A DNA stretch of 64,000 nucleotides. It comes from Anthoceros angustus (taxonomy: Eukaryota; Plantae; Anthocerotophyta). Positions 25,291 through 39,090 of this stretch are shown piece by piece. The stretch is taken from the NCBI GenBank assembly GCA_010909165.1, contig VJWM01000068.1:1-64000 (forward strand), read 5' to 3'. The notes below the pieces were generated by a model. That model was not told the DNA's origin and made no database searches. It saw only the letters and a program-made list of their open reading frames with translations. Position numbers and translations under genes: made by a program. Positions within the stretch are counted from its first letter, which is position 1. Every line of letters begins with the position of its first letter.

Positions 25291-28200
25291 TGCCACGCAC
25301 CCATGTTTGCTATGCGCGGGTTGTTTGGCTCAAGTCCTCCCTCCTTCTCTCCCCTAGACAACTCCTCATGTCACGCGCCTTTTGCCCTTGCCTCGACCAT
25401 GGCTGCTTGGTTGCTCCACTCCTATCCTCCCCTCCGCCTTCTTCCATCGCCTTCCCTAACTTCACATCATAGTCACATGATCGAAAATTTGAGATAAGAA
25501 ATAACGATGGAATGGGTCTTGGCGACCTTGCAACTACTTGCGATTGTACATGTACACGAGACACCCGCCATGCTACTATCGCCTTCTCTAACATCAAATC
25601 GCACTAGCTAGTTCGCACTGAAAATTTGAGAGGAAATCACGGTATTGGAAGCGGTCTTGGCGACCTTGCAATGCTCTACAAGTACAAGATCGCTTGCGGT
25701 AACACGTGATCGCCCACCATCCCTTCACCAACATCATGTCTGGTTACGCATCAAGCGAAAAATTGAGGAAATCATAGCATGGAATGGGTCTCTGGAAATC
25801 ACGGCATGGATTGGGTCTCTACTTGAAATCACGGCATGGAGCGGGCCTCCTCCTCTTCCTTTCCCTCTCCCCTCCTCCTTCTTCCCATCTCCCCTCCTTC
25901 CTCCCTCCTTCCTCTCCTTCCTCCTCCTTCTTCCCATCTCCCCTCCTTCCTCCTCCTCCTTCCTCCTCCTTCCTCTCTCCCCTCCTTCCTCCCCTCCTTC
26001 CTCCTCCTCCTCCTCTCCTGATCCTCTCCCTCCTCCTCTCCTCCTCCTCCTCCTGATCCCTCTCCCCATTTCCTCCTTGCCTCCTCCTCCTCCTCCTCCT
26101 CCTCCTCCTCCTCCTCCTCCTCCTCCTCTATATGGATCCTCCCCCATTTCCTCCTTGCCTCCTCCTCCTCCTCCTCCTCCTCCTCTATATGATCCCTCCC
26201 CTCCTCCTTGCCTCCTCCTCCTCCTCCTCCTCCTCTACCTCATCCCTCTCCCCTCCTCCTTGCCTCTCCTCCTCCTCTACCTCGATCCCTCTCCCCTTTT
26301 CCTCCTTACCTCCTCTCCTCCTCCTCTCCTCTCTACCTCAGATCCCTCTCCCCTTTTCCTCCTTGCCTCTCTACCTCCTCCTCCTCTACCTCAGATCCCT
26401 CTCCCCCTTTTCCTCCTTGACTCTCCTGCTCCTCCTCCTCCTCCTCCTCCTCCTTATTTACCTCTGATCCCCGTCCCCCTTTTCCTCCTTGCCTATCGCC
26501 TTCTCTAACATCAAATGACACTAGCTAGTTACGCAACAGCTGAAAATTTGAGAGGAAATCACAGTATTGGAAGTACAAGATCTGCGCGGGTGTACACGTG
26601 ATCCCACCATCCGTCACCTCTCATGTCACCGTTACGCATCGGCTGAAAAATTGAGACTAGAAATCACGACTTGGAGCGGGTCTTTACTTGAAATCACGGC
26701 ATGGAGCGGGCCTCTTTCTTTCCCTCTCCCCTCCTCCTCCTTTCCATCTCCTCCTCCTCCTCCTCCTCCTTCCTCCTCCTTCTTCCCATCTCCTCCTTCC
26801 TCCTCCTTCCTCCTCCTCCTTCCTCCCCCTCCTTCCTCCTCCTCCTCCTCCTCCTCCCCTCTACCGATCCCTCTCCTTTTCCTCCTTGCCTCCTCCTCCT
26901 CCTGATCCCTCTCCCCATTTCCTCCTCCTCCTCCTCCTCCTCCTCCTCCTCCTCCTCCTCCTCCTCCTCCTCCCCCGATCCCTCTCCCCTTTCCTCCTTG
27001 CCTCTCCTCCTCCTCCTCCTCCTCCTCCTCTCTCCTCCCCTCCTCCTCCTCCTCCTCCTCCTCCTCCTCCTCCTACCTCATCCCTCTCCCCTTTTCCTCC
27101 TTGCCTCTACCTCCTCCTCCTCTACCTCGATCCCTCTCCCCTTTTCCTCCTTACTCACCTCCTCCTCCTCTACCTCGGATCCCTCTCCCCTTTTCCTCCT
27201 TGCCTCTCTACCTCCTCCTCCTCTACCTCGATCCCTCTTCCTCCTTGACTCTCCCGCCCTCCTCCTCCTCCTCCTCCTCCTTACCTCGATCCCGTCCCCT
27301 TTTCCTCCTTGCCTATCGCCTTCTCTAACATCAAATGACACTAGCTAGTTACGCAACTGAAAATTTGAGAGGAAATCACGATTGGAAGTACAAGATCGCG
27401 GTGTACGTGATCCCGCCCGCCACCATCCGTCACCTACGTCATGTCAATCGGTTACGCCTGAAAAATTGAGACTAGAAATCACGCTTGAACGGGTCTTTAC
27501 TTGAAATCACAGCATGGAACGGGCCTCTTCTTTCCTCTCCTCCTCCTCCTTTCCATCTACCTCCTCTTCCCTCTCCCCTCCTCTTCCTTCCCTCTCCCTC
27601 CTCTTGCTCCTCTTCTTTTCCATCTTCCCTCCTCCTCCTTATAATCTCCCCTCCTTCCTTTCCTCCTCCTCCTTCCTCTCGCCTCCTCCTCCTCCTCCTC
27701 CTCCTCCTCCTCTACCTCATCCCTCTCCCCTTTTCCTCATTGCCTCCCTTCCTCCTCTCCTCCTCCTCCTACTCCTCCTCCTCCTCTACCTCGGATCCTC
27801 TCCCCTATTTCCTCCTTGCCTCTCCCTTCCTCCTCTCCTCCTCTTCCTCCCCACCTCTCCCTTCGCCTCTCCCCTCCTTCTCCTTGCCTCAACGCAGAGT
27901 GAGCCTCGGACCCACGAACTTAGACATAGGTAAATAATATTATGTTTAGGTCACCTTTAAAGGTGATGTTAATGGGCATGTGATATTGTGTCCGGGCACC
28001 ATTAACAAATAGTTGTGAAGAGAGAGTGCAAAGAAGAGCGCTAGGAAAAACCTTAACTAATTGTACTCCCAATGGGGTGTAATAAAGATGGGGACCGAAG
28101 AGAAGAGAGAGGGTCCTTGTCTGATCATGTTGCAATTGCATGAGGGAATTCATAAACAATGCATATGAGAGAGGGATGTAGTTAAGAGGGTGAAGTGGTA

Positions 28201-28343
28201 GAGAGAGCCAGTTCTGTTAAGATTGTAGGCCCACTTGGGAAAGAAATGACAAACTTAATACCAAGCCTCCAAATGATGTTGCAAGTTAGAAGTATAACAT
28301 AAAATTGCAACAACGATCGAATATAGGCTGCCCTTTAGTAGTG
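24738..28343. mobile_element. Inner non-autonomous CACTA-like element
   Basis: Left end CCCTACTAGAAAAGGGCA; right-end reverse complement CACTACTAAAGGGCAGCC. The direct repeat GAAT flanks both ends, consistent with a TSD. Subterminal repeats are shared with the outer element. Confidence 0.7.
25580..27890. repeat. Three ~0.85-kb units, each a conserved head followed by a long (CCT)n/polypyrimidine tract
   Basis: The head cttctctaacatcaaat...ctagctagtt...gaaaatttgagaggaaatcac recurs at ~25580, ~26500 and ~27320. gaaatcacggcatgga motifs precede each CCT tract. Confidence 0.9.
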
Positions 28344-29794
28344 GAATGGCTCACGTGCCACCCATCGCCCTTGCACAATGGTGTAGATGTTGATATAGAT
28401 TATTAGAACAAGGAATGGGTCACGTCAAACGACTCGACGGTGGCATGTTTTCTTCCATGCCATGAGTTTTCAATTATTCTAATGGCTTGCACCCACCTTC
28501 CTTGGACCATGGTGGAGGGAGAATTTTATTTGAGAGAAAGGGAACCATTGTCCTTGGTTCATGGCGGTTGTAAGATGGCCATGACCTTGTCATGGCATGG
28601 CACTTCCTTGGTCATCGGCCACTCGAAATCGCATTGCAAACACTTGTCCTGGGTCACGAAATGGTCATAAAAAGCGGGGACTATATATGGCATGCATGGA
28701 GGAATGGCATCGTGGACAAGGAAGGTTTCGGCACGTGCACAAACACTAGTGGGAAGGTGGCATGGCAAGGCAAGGAGCCACCGGCATGGCATGCCACGTA
28801 GTCCCCTTCTTGGATGGAAGCACGGAAGGATGGTCCTAGCGCAAGTGAGGTGGGCACGCCTGTGGAGAATGCGGATTCAATCAAGTGGAGAGGTGGATGA
28901 TCATCGCGTGGAGCGTGGAGGCGGCGAGAGGTGTGGGTCCGGAGGGGAGCAACTTCCAGCAGGTGGAGTCGCTGCCAAAGAGGAGGACGATGGAGAAAGC
29001 GGCCGCAAGGGAGTGGGTGTCTCTAATAGGTGGGGAGCTAATTTGAGCTGCTTGCAGGAGAGAATCCAAAACTTTCGGAGGAGGAATCGCTGTGGCCGTG
29101 ACATCGGAGGGAGGAGGAATTTGGCGTGAGTCAGAAAGAGGACTGTGGTGATCGGGAGGAGCATGGTGGTGCTGCCCAAGAGGCCGACCGTGTGGCGAGA
29201 GAGAGGCCATTGGTCTTGTGGACCTTCCTCATGGCGATGGACAACCCCAACAACGTGGGAGGAGGATGCCTGGAGGGAGGAACTGCCCCAGGAGTGGAGA
29301 CCGGTCTCTGGAGGAGGCGGTTGCGGAGGCGGCCAAGGAACGCGTGCATATGATGGTCGAGGACGGTGAGGAGAAGGACACCGTGGCGGCAATGATGGGG
29401 AAAGCCAAGCGAGGAGGCATGTGGAGATGGCGGATGATGAGGTGGAGACCGACATACATTGCTACCACCAAATTGGAGAATTGATGGAGCAGGCGCGGTA
29501 AGCCACTGACGACGCCATTGCCGCAGGCCGCATGGGCGTGGTGGAGTGTACATGGCTGTGAGCGGTTATGCGATGGAGGTTGGGTGGAGAATGAGGAGTT
29601 GACCGTTGGTGCGACGTGGTGATATGTAGGACGTGAGCTCTAAGTGATGTGTGCATGAGCAGGAAGAAGGGAAGGAAAGCTGGTGGAAGGTGAAGGCCAT
29701 GTCGGAAGGAAGGCACAGATACTAGTGGAGAGAAGGAAGATGGAGGAAAGGTGGCAACAGGGGGCCACCGTCAAGTGATCTTGGAGGCAACGTA

Positions 29795-29890
29795 GATGGT
29801 GGGGAACTGGATGTGGGAGCGGAGCGCTGGAGAGATGGTGGGAAATGGATGTGGGAGCGGAGCACTGGAGAGATGGTGGGGAACTGGATG
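29795..29890. repeat. 38-39-bp tandem repeat, ~2.5 copies
   Basis: Unit gatggtggggaactggatgtgggagcggagcgctggaga. Confidence 0.85.
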
Positions 29891-31171
29891 GATGAGAGAA
29901 TTCGGGAGCACATGCCGAATGCAACTGGAAAACAACCGTGGTGGTGGGCGTTTGTGGAGGGGAATGTGAATGTTCGAGCCATTTTCTTGCGACTGGAGTC
30001 GCCAAGACGTGGGTGGACGGTGATGGATGGTCAAGAACAAAGATGGAATTGGTATTCCCACCTTTGTAGCCTAGCATTTACAGGGTCCTTCGCCGTGAAA
30101 GTGGTGATTGAGGCGGATAGGTCTAGGAAGTTGTGGAGGAACCACGAAAACAATGGTGTTGGTCTCAAGAGTCACCAAGTGACGCAAGACGCATATGGCC
30201 ATATCACTTGGAAGACGATATGTTTGTAGATAAAGCCAATTGCATCATGGCAACAAAGCCATCGTTGAAAGGGATAGAGGACGCTTGAATCCAAAAATTC
30301 CAATTAATTTGTCAATAAAATCAAACACTTATATATGCAAGGTATGAGAGTGACGTAAGGGTTAGTACACATATTACTATATAAACAAGTCTTGACGCCT
30401 ATATACATATATACATATACAAAGGAGGCATATATAAGTACACTAATATAATATAAGTATAGATGGATGTGTACATATATATGTACACATACTTACACAT
30501 ACTTATGTCTTGAAGCCTATATACATATATATGTATACAAAGGATATGCAAAGGAGGTAAAATAGGAAGGGAAGGACAGGAGAGAGAGGTCCTTGTTACA
30601 ATCATGTTGCAAGAGGAAGAGGAAGAGTATAAAATGGTTGTGATAGGGGAGGTCCTTCTCATCATGATGGAGGAGGAGAAGTGAAAGAGTATAAAAGGGT
30701 GTGATAAGGGAGCAATAACTAGTGGTGAGGTGAGAGGAGAGAGACCAAGCATTGTGTTAAGATGGGGTGAGAAGGTGGATAAGAAATTGACACCTGAACA
30801 CCAAGCCACCAAAGAGTGTTGCAATTTTGAAGTGGTACATGAAGTGAGAGACCAAGCATTGTGTTAGGATGGTGGGAGAAGGAAGAGAAAAATGGACCAA
30901 CTTAACACCAAGCCATCAAAACATGTTGCAAGTTGGAAGTGTTACATAAAATTGCAACACGATCGTAATACAAGGTGGGAAATTATTAACAATGCTTGTG
31001 AGAGAGGGGTGTACGATAAGGGTGAGGTGGGAAGAGAGAGTGCTGTTCGTGTTAAGATGGTCGCACCAAACGAAACTAACAAACTTAATACCAAGCCTCC
31101 AAAACATGTTGCAATGTGGAAGTGTAACAAAAATTGCAACATCGATCTATAGGGTGCCTTTTCTAGTAGGT

Positions 31172-32646
31172 TGAGCTCAATTGCTTCTCACCGGTCCTCC
31201 ATGTGCTCAACAACCTCGCCTTGTGCTCTCGATGAAGACGCCAATGCTTCATCCCCAAGTACTTGACATTTGGATGAAGTTGTATCACTTTGTGTATGCG
31301 GCCTCAATTCCATCTCCGCACCGTGCCGTTCTTCTCGATGAAGTCCTCCCGATTGGTAAGGTGCCCGCCTCCACATGAACAACTCCATTCGATCCTTGTC
31401 TCCTCTCATCTTGATGACTCCTAGAGACAAGTCCTCTTGATCACTGAGTAATCCGGCGACAAAGCGTATCTTATGTGTTGCCACTCACACATCCTTCAAA
31501 GATTATTCATTGAGTCATTTGAGTTCCCCTTATTTGGTACCAAAATCGAGGTGTTGTCCTCTCTCTTCGCCGGACTTGAATTGGCCGATGGTTGGCTAGT
31601 TAGTAGCTTCCTGATTGAGTGTGTCCAGGGCATGCACTCCAAGCGGTTAGTGGCTAAGTCAAAACCCTTAATCAAGGTTAACACACCGTGCTTGCTTAGA
31701 TCGTGATTAGTGAAACCTCTAAGTATCTATGCGTGTAAATTGCATACAAATACTAGGTCTATATAAGTCAAGAGTAGTCTCTATATAAGTCAAGAGCTCA
31801 ACATGGGTAAGTTGGATAGCAAAATATAAGAACACTAAGCACGCTCGAGTCCAATTAGTACCTGGATGGGGTGCTAGCCAACGGAGAGTTTTGAACAGAA
31901 AGCGAAATCAAATGGCTAGATAAATAGCCATTTAAGCATGCTTTTTAAGCATGTAGGCAAGGGACCCTCTAAAGTGTGTCCAAGGCTTGAGGCCAAGGGA
32001 GGAGCCTAAGTCCAAGGAGAGGAGGAGAAGAAGCCCAAGTCCAAGGATAGGAGGAGAAGAAGCCCAAGTCCAAGGAGAGGAGGAGAAGAAGCCCAAGTAC
32101 AAGGAGAGGAATGAGGCCTCCACAAGGGGTTTGGCCTTTTAAGGCCAACCAACCAAGGGAGAAACAAGAGTATTTTACTATTGGGCGCCAGATTTCAAGG
32201 GATAAGGGAAGAGAGGGCATCACCTAACACACTAAGCCTGCATCGCCTAGCACACTAAGCTTAGCAAGCTTATCAATCCTAGCACGCGTATCTAGCGTAA
32301 ATACACAAGATCATAGCTTGTAACAATAGGAGGGAGTAGTTCGCACCATCAGCACACTCTTCCCAGAACAACACATGAATCATGCTCTCGAGTCATGGCT
32401 TCCGCTCCTCACAACACCCTTGCATTGCATATCTAGAGGACAAGCTATGATTTGAGCTTGTCCTCAGTGGAAGGGTCTATATATATTATAGTGCCCTTGG
32501 CATCGACATATTCCTAAGATATCTTATTGGCATCAGCATATGCCAGAAATATCCTTAGAATACACTATAATATGCAAGGAATATGCTAAAGTATATTACT
32601 TGAGCTTATCCACTTAGCTAACATTGAGAAACACATGCACACACAT
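31172..32646 (-). mobile_element. Gypsy-like element 5' part: putative LTR, Lys-type PBS and start of gag
   Basis: Minus-strand TGGCGCCCAA at 32181-32190 resembles a tRNA-Lys PBS; TATA-like ctataatatata near 32480; ORF 31188-31484 (KIRFVAGLL...VLGDEALAS) is gag-like. Confidence 0.4.
32008..32108. repeat. 29-bp tandem repeat, ~3.4 copies
   Basis: Unit aagtccaaggagaggaggagaagaagccc. Confidence 0.92.
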
Positions 32647-33539
32647 CCGCGGGAAGGCTTTGATTGATATGATCTGGTGATAGAAAGGGGTTTTGAAAAA
32701 ATTTTGCCCAACCCTATTTTGCCCAACCCTATTTCATGAAACCGGTTGGTTTGGTTTTGTTGGTTTTGTAGGTGTTCACCTGGGCATTCCTGGCTCCAAG
32801 ACCACTTCCTTCGTCAGTCATTTACGGCCCGCCAGACTCAGTTCATAGCGATTTAGTCGGTGTGATGAAAGGCCGACCTCATTTTTCCATAATTTCGCCA
32901 TGTCCGTAGTTTCGTGATTTTGTGTGGTTTGTATGTTTTGTATACTGGGGTCAGCGCATAAGTGTCGCCTAACACGTTATGATACTTGTGCACGTTAACT
33001 GCAAAAAAGAACGCCAAAAATGATCTTCTAATGGGAAAACATGTCCTTTTGAGGTCCGGATGTTCAACTCCAAAATAATGTAGCAGAGCATCACAGAGGT
33101 TCACCCAGACCGCCTCATATATCTATCCTATGCCCTAATGCGATGAAGAGCACCCTCCCCTTTTTTATCCTACACTTGTTTCCGCCTCTTCATAGGATCT
33201 AGTACCGAGTTATCATCAAACATGCTGGGGCCATTGAAAACAAGTGCACCGTGGGGCAAGGGGCCTGTGTGTGCACACCACGCAGCACTTGGGGCAGGCC
33301 TGTGTGCGCGCACTGCTGGGCAGGAGGCTCAAGTGCACCCGAGGTCAAGAAGGCTATGACTCAGCGCTGCACTGGGCAAGGAGGCTGCAGCGCACACAAG
33401 CGCACACCCAAGGTCAAGAAGGGCCCACGAGCATGAATCCATATGGTTCATGCCTCCTAAGGCCTCCCAAACCTCATCCAAAGAAAAAGAACAAAAATCT
33501 AAAACCCCCAAAAAGCCCAAAGTCCAATTTTTCTGCAAT

Positions 33540-36500
33540 TGCGCCGACTTTCCTAAATTTTTGATATTTTTGAGTTTTTGGTTTTTTATATATATTTTGT
33601 TTTAAAGGGTTCCTCTCGACGCTTTTCAACCTTTTTGTGCACAACCCTAATGTGGATATGTTCTTATCTTTACTTAGCCCTCATCTTTGTAGTGGTTAAA
33701 ACTTTGAACTAGTAGTGAGAACCTTTTGCATCTTTTGAATCTTGAGACGCTGGGCCCGCCCAAGTGCACTATGCCACTCATTTCGACCGCACGGATCAAG
33801 AGCATCGTGTCAATGAAGATATTATTGTCCCAATATATAAGAAACAAAGTCCTGTAAAATTCACAGAGCGAGAGTATAGTCTTAGGATTGACTAGATCGC
33901 TTATACACTGCTACAGTACAAGCCCTAAAACCTAAAATTTTATACGTTCAACACCGGCAATGATTGCCGTATTGAGACTATTTAAATGACAAGTCTAATA
34001 ACATGATAATCAAGTTATCATGGCATCTTTTGAATTGCCTTTGATCCTCATTCTCTCTAAACACCTAGTAGTAAGTAGAAATTTTTGTTCTAGTTAGTAT
34101 ATTGTGGAAGACACCAATTTTGGTGCCATTGAGGACTTCTTCAAACATAGAATGTGCTTGCTACAGACGAGTGGCTAACGAGCCTGTGCCATAGATTGTA
34201 TCTATGTGGCGCCTGAGGCAAGGTGGCCAGCCACAATCTCATTTCCCTGAATTCATGTACTAATGTGCTTGGCATGTATGCAAACTTATCCCACGCCATG
34301 TTGTTCGCACTAACCCGTGTCATCGCCCCAATTACTCTTCTCGCCTAATTTTTTGGCCCGCTTAGTTTCCTCAGGTGATTTCACATCCCCGACCACGGTT
34401 CTCGAGTTGGTAGTTTTGAAATGCGTGATCGCGGGCTAGTCCACCGGCATGGTGCCCTTCATTGGGTTTTTCCCTTTGTTTTTGGATGGATGGGTTTTTC
34501 CCATCTCTTTTATAATAAAATCTTCTTTACCATTTCCTAAGCGCAAGACCACTTGATAACGAAAAGAGTCGGCATGATAACCCGCTTCAAGATACTCACT
34601 TATTCCGCCCATATGTATATTATATTGCTGGGCTATGGAACTGATTAATCGTGCCATACCCATCGCGATGGCGTAACGCGTTAGAGTAATTAAACAGTAC
34701 CATAATTTACACATACACGTTACCTTAGATAATTACATAGCTATAGAAACATGCTAATCTTTGCCGTACAGAAGAAGAAAAACCTAATGTGGAGAACGCG
34801 ATCAACACCGGTATCGCAAAACCCAATTAAGACTCTATTTTCGCTAGCTAGTAATTAGGTGAAATATCAGGAAGTGTTGTCACACATTTCCAAGCGGTTG
34901 TTTGATCTTCGAACGCATCGAGCTCGGGATTGTTAGCCCTGCCAGCCTACGACTGCCAAGCTTCTCCCAACGATGACGACGGGAGACCTGGAGGAAAGCG
35001 TGACGAACTCGCGAAGGACTCTAGAGGGTATGAGCTGCGGTGTTGAGCAGAAGGAGAAGGACAAGCATGACGAAGACGACCCAGCCAAAGATATCGATGA
35101 AGCTTGCGTCGGAGCCATCGTAGCTGACACGACTGCCCTGCCTGGAGTTGGGATACTCCAAGTGCTGGTTATGCTGTGAGAATAGCTCCAGTAGAGAAGG
35201 AGCACCAGCATGACAGGCACGAGGAGGCTCACAAAACGCCGAACTGCTTCACAGCCAGCGTGAGCAGCGGTTGGAAGTGGAGCCATAGTGGCAGAGCCCA
35301 CATGGAGGCCAGCACGGCCAGGAAGAAGAGAGGCATCCATGGCGCAGGAGGAGGCGGTCTCGTGTGCGTAGTACTCCGCCATGGACATGCAGCTCGCAGG
35401 CAAGCTTACTGTTTCAAGCAAGTATCAAGGATTGCAGCACAAACCATTTCATCCCGAAGTTCAAGAACCAGCCTCCAGCACAGGCCATGGGGTTGGCCAG
35501 CAAGCTTAGGACTCCTTGAAAACCTTTGCTTACCGGAAGCAGGAGGAGAGGGTTTTGAGAGCGGCTGCTCCAGACTTCAGGGGCCTTTATCAAGAGAGCA
35601 CGAGCAGGCTCCACCTGCATCAACAAATGTAACACTCGAGGAGCTTGATGCATGCACGTATGAGGGACAGCAAGAGACGAGGAGGAGTGAAATATTGGCC
35701 CTGTCCAATTTTTCAGCACTGCGCCGCACTTTCCCTAAATTTTTGATATTTTTGAGTTTTTGGTTTTTTATATATATTTTGTTTTAAAGGGTCTTTTCGA
35801 CGCTTTTCAACCTTTTTTGTGCACAACCCTAATGTGGATATGTTCTTATCTTTACTTAGCCCTCATCTTTGTAGTGGTTAAAACTTTGAACTAGTAGTGA
35901 GAACCTTTGCATCTTTTGAATCTTGAGACGCTTTACGAGGCTCGACCAAGTGCACCATGCCACTCTCATTTTCGACCACCGCGGATCAAGAGCATCGTGT
36001 CAATGAAGATATTATTGTCCCAATATATAGAAAACAAAGTCCTCAGAAATTCACGAGCGAGAGTATAGTCTTAGGATTGACTAGACCGCTACACTGCACT
36101 ACAAGCCCTAAAAACTCTAAAATTTTGATACGTTCAACACCGGCAAGCGTGTATTGAGACTATTTAAATGACAAGTCTAATAACATGATAATCGTATCAT
36201 GGCATCTTTTGAATTGCCTTGATCCCTCATTCTCTCTAAACACCTAGTAGTGGCGCAGAAATTTTGTTCTAGTTAGTATATTGTGGAAGACACCAATTTT
36301 GGTGCCATTGAGGACTTCTTCAAACATAGAATGCTATACAGACGAAAGTGGCTAACTAGCTGCCATAGATTGTATCTATGTGCCTGAGGCAAGGTGGCCA
36401 CCACAATCCATTTCCAATTCATGTACTAATGTGCTTGCATGTATGCAAAACCGCCATCCCACGCTCGGTGTATGTTCGCACTAACCCGTGTCACACCCAC

Positions 36501-37876
36501 CACTCTTCTCCGCCTAATTTTTTGGCCCTAGTTTCCTCAGGTGATTTCACATCCGATACTAAGTTCTTCAGCGGTTGGTAGTTTTGAAATGCGTGATCGC
36601 GGGCTAGTCCACTGCATGGTGCCCTTCATTGGGTTTTTCCCTTGTTTTTGGATGGATGGGTTTTTCCCATCTCTTTTATAATAAAATCTTCTTTACCATT
36701 TCCTAAGCGCAAGACCACTTGATAACGAAAAGAGCTCGGCATGATAACTCGCTTCAAGATACTCACTTATTCCGCCCATATGTATATTATATTGCTGGGC
36801 TATGGAATCGATTAATCGTACATACCCATCGCCGCTGATGGCGTAACGTTAGGAGTAATTAAACAGTACCATAATTATACATACACGTTACCTTAGATAA
36901 TTACATAGCTATAGAAACATGCTAATCTTTGCTGTACAGAAGAAGAAAAACCTAATGAGAACGCGATCAACACCGGTATCGCAAAACCCAATTAAGACTC
37001 TATTTTCGCTAGCTAGTAATTGGTGAAATATCAGGAAGTGTTGTCACACATTTCCAAGCGGGTTGTTTGATTCGAACGCATCGAGCCTGGATTGTTAGCC
37101 CTGCCAGCCTACGACTGCCAAGCTTCTCCCAACGATGACGACGGGAGACCTGGAGGAAAGCGTGACGAACTCTGCGAAGGACTCTAGAGGGTATGAGCTG
37201 CGGTGTTGAGCAGAAGGAGAAGGACAAGGACATGACGAAGACGACCCAGCCAAAGATATCGATGAAGCTTGCGTCGGAGCCATCGTAGCTGACACGACTG
37301 CCCTGCCTGGAGTTGGGATACTCCAAGTGCTGGTTATGCTGTGAGAATAGCTCCAGTAGAGAAGGAGCACCAGCATGACAGGCACGAGGAGGCTCTACAA
37401 AACGCCGAACTGCTTCACAGCCAGCGGAGCAGTGTTGGAAGTGGAGCCATAGTGGCAGAGCCCACATGGAGGCCAGCACGGCCAGGAAGAAGAGAGGCAT
37501 CCATGGCGCAGGAGGAGGCGGTCTCTCGTGCGTAGTCTCCGCCATGGACATGCAGCTCGCAGGCAAGCTTACTGTTTCAAGTAAGTATCAAGGATTGCAG
37601 CACAAACCATTTCATCCTGAAGTTCAAGAACCAGCCTCCAGCACAGGCCATGGGGTTGGCCAGCAAGCTTAGGACTCCCTTGAAAACCTTTGCTTACCGG
37701 AAGCAGGAGGAGAGGGTTTTGAGAGCGGCTGCTCCAGACTCTTCAGGGGCCTTTATCAAGAGAGCACGAGCAGGCTCCACCTGCATCAACAAATGTAACA
37801 CACTGAGGAGCTTGATGCATGCACGTATGAGGGACAGCAAGAGACGAGGAGGTGAAATATTGGCCCTGTCTTCAGC
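33540..37876. repeat. ~2.18-kb tandem duplication (33540-35700 and 35720-37876)
   Basis: Both copies start ctaaatttttgatatttttgagtttttggttttttatatatatttt and end ggagtgaaatattggccctgtc (approximately). They differ mainly by 1-3 bp indels. Confidence 0.92.
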
Positions 37877-38300
37877 ACACGAGGTCCATATATCACAGTC
37901 TGCTGCACATGGTACTTCCTGCTGTAAGGGGTTACTGACGTCATGACTGTAAGGCATGGGCCATGAAAGGTTCCTTTAGTACGAGAGGACAGTCTGGGAC
38001 AACAGGTGATCAATCCGCTCTTGTCTGGACATGCCAATTGGGATGCCCCTCTCCATTATATTTTCACATCCCACCAACCAAATCTTTGATCATCCTCACT
38101 GTTTGTTGAACCGCGCGGATGCACCAAGCTGGAAGGCTCAATCATGCATGATGTGAGTACCATGCCCCACACCCTAGCCGGCTTGGACACCTCAAGGAAG
38201 TCGATGGTCGTCAACTTGCTACATGAAAAGGCGATGGCCCTATGCCGCGCGGTTTGCGATGGTAATGTGCTCGGACGGGATTCATGTGGTGCTGGGGATG
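37860..38300 (-). pseudogene. Ulp1/C48-like protease remnant, probably transposon-borne
   Basis: RVWGMVLTSCMIEPSSLVH and PLQQEVPCAADCDIW resemble the HW...DS and PQQ...DCG motifs, with catalytic positions decayed. Confidence 0.35.
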
Positions 38301-38893
38301 GGGGCTTCATATAGTAACATGCCAGTGAGACGGCTGTACGTGCCAGAGCATTAATCGCCTCGGAGGTTGAGACGCAGCATCTTGTGCTCCTCTGTACCAT
38401 CTGATTGAAGGCACTGATCCAGTCTTCTGACAATGGCTGAAGAAATAGCAGGCAGTCACTTGCCTCAAATGACCAGGTGACAGCTCCACATTGTGATCGT
38501 CCTTGCCTCACGTCAGGCGTATTGCAGAACCTGCACCAGTTGGATTGGGTTGATTTCACTGACCCAGTTAAAATGCCTGTGGGTTTGTAGCACCCCAGAT
38601 TGCATCCTTTCCACGATATGTACTACTGTGTTTTATTGGGCAGACCTAAATCCATATCCGAAATTGATATATTATTATAATCTACATTTCTCACATTCAA
38701 AATTTGTTCATACCAATGAGGTATCCAGCCGAAATTGTCTTCGGATTTTGATCTATTTCACAGGTTCCTACATCTATTTGACGGTAGCAGATCTGGAATA
38801 TGCGTCTCTTGTTTTGGCACTGGTCTTACTCCAATCAGATTCACTACCTCGTTTTGTTCCTTGCACAACCAAAATAACCCTACGAGTTAATGT

Positions 38894-39090
38894 ATTAACA
38901 TCACTTTCTATTTGAGCCAAGTGAGCCTCATATCTGCATCACCATACAAAAGTATTAGTATATTATTTTATGATATTATTATTTAATTATTTTGCATATA
39001 TTAACATCACTTTCTATTTGAGCCAAGTGAGCCTCGTATCTACATGACCACACAAAAGTATTAGCATGTTGTTTAATTATTTAATTATTT
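38894..39090. repeat. 106-bp direct repeat, ~2 copies
   Basis: attaacatcactttctatttgagccaagtgagcctc at 38894 and 39000. Confidence 0.85.

Larger units (their letters stand above)
18346..31171. mobile_element. Outer non-autonomous CACTA-like element (composite)
   Basis: Left end CCCTACTAGAAATGGGCACC; right end GGGTGCCTTTTCTAGTAGGT; subterminal TGTTGCAA and TGTTACA motif arrays at both ends; gag-like sequence on both flanks. No clear TSD and no transposase. Confidence 0.55.

Noticed and set aside
25645-27937. Extensin-like or Leu/Ser-rich ORFs
   Set aside because: Products of (CCT)n tracts, which are open in nearly all frames.
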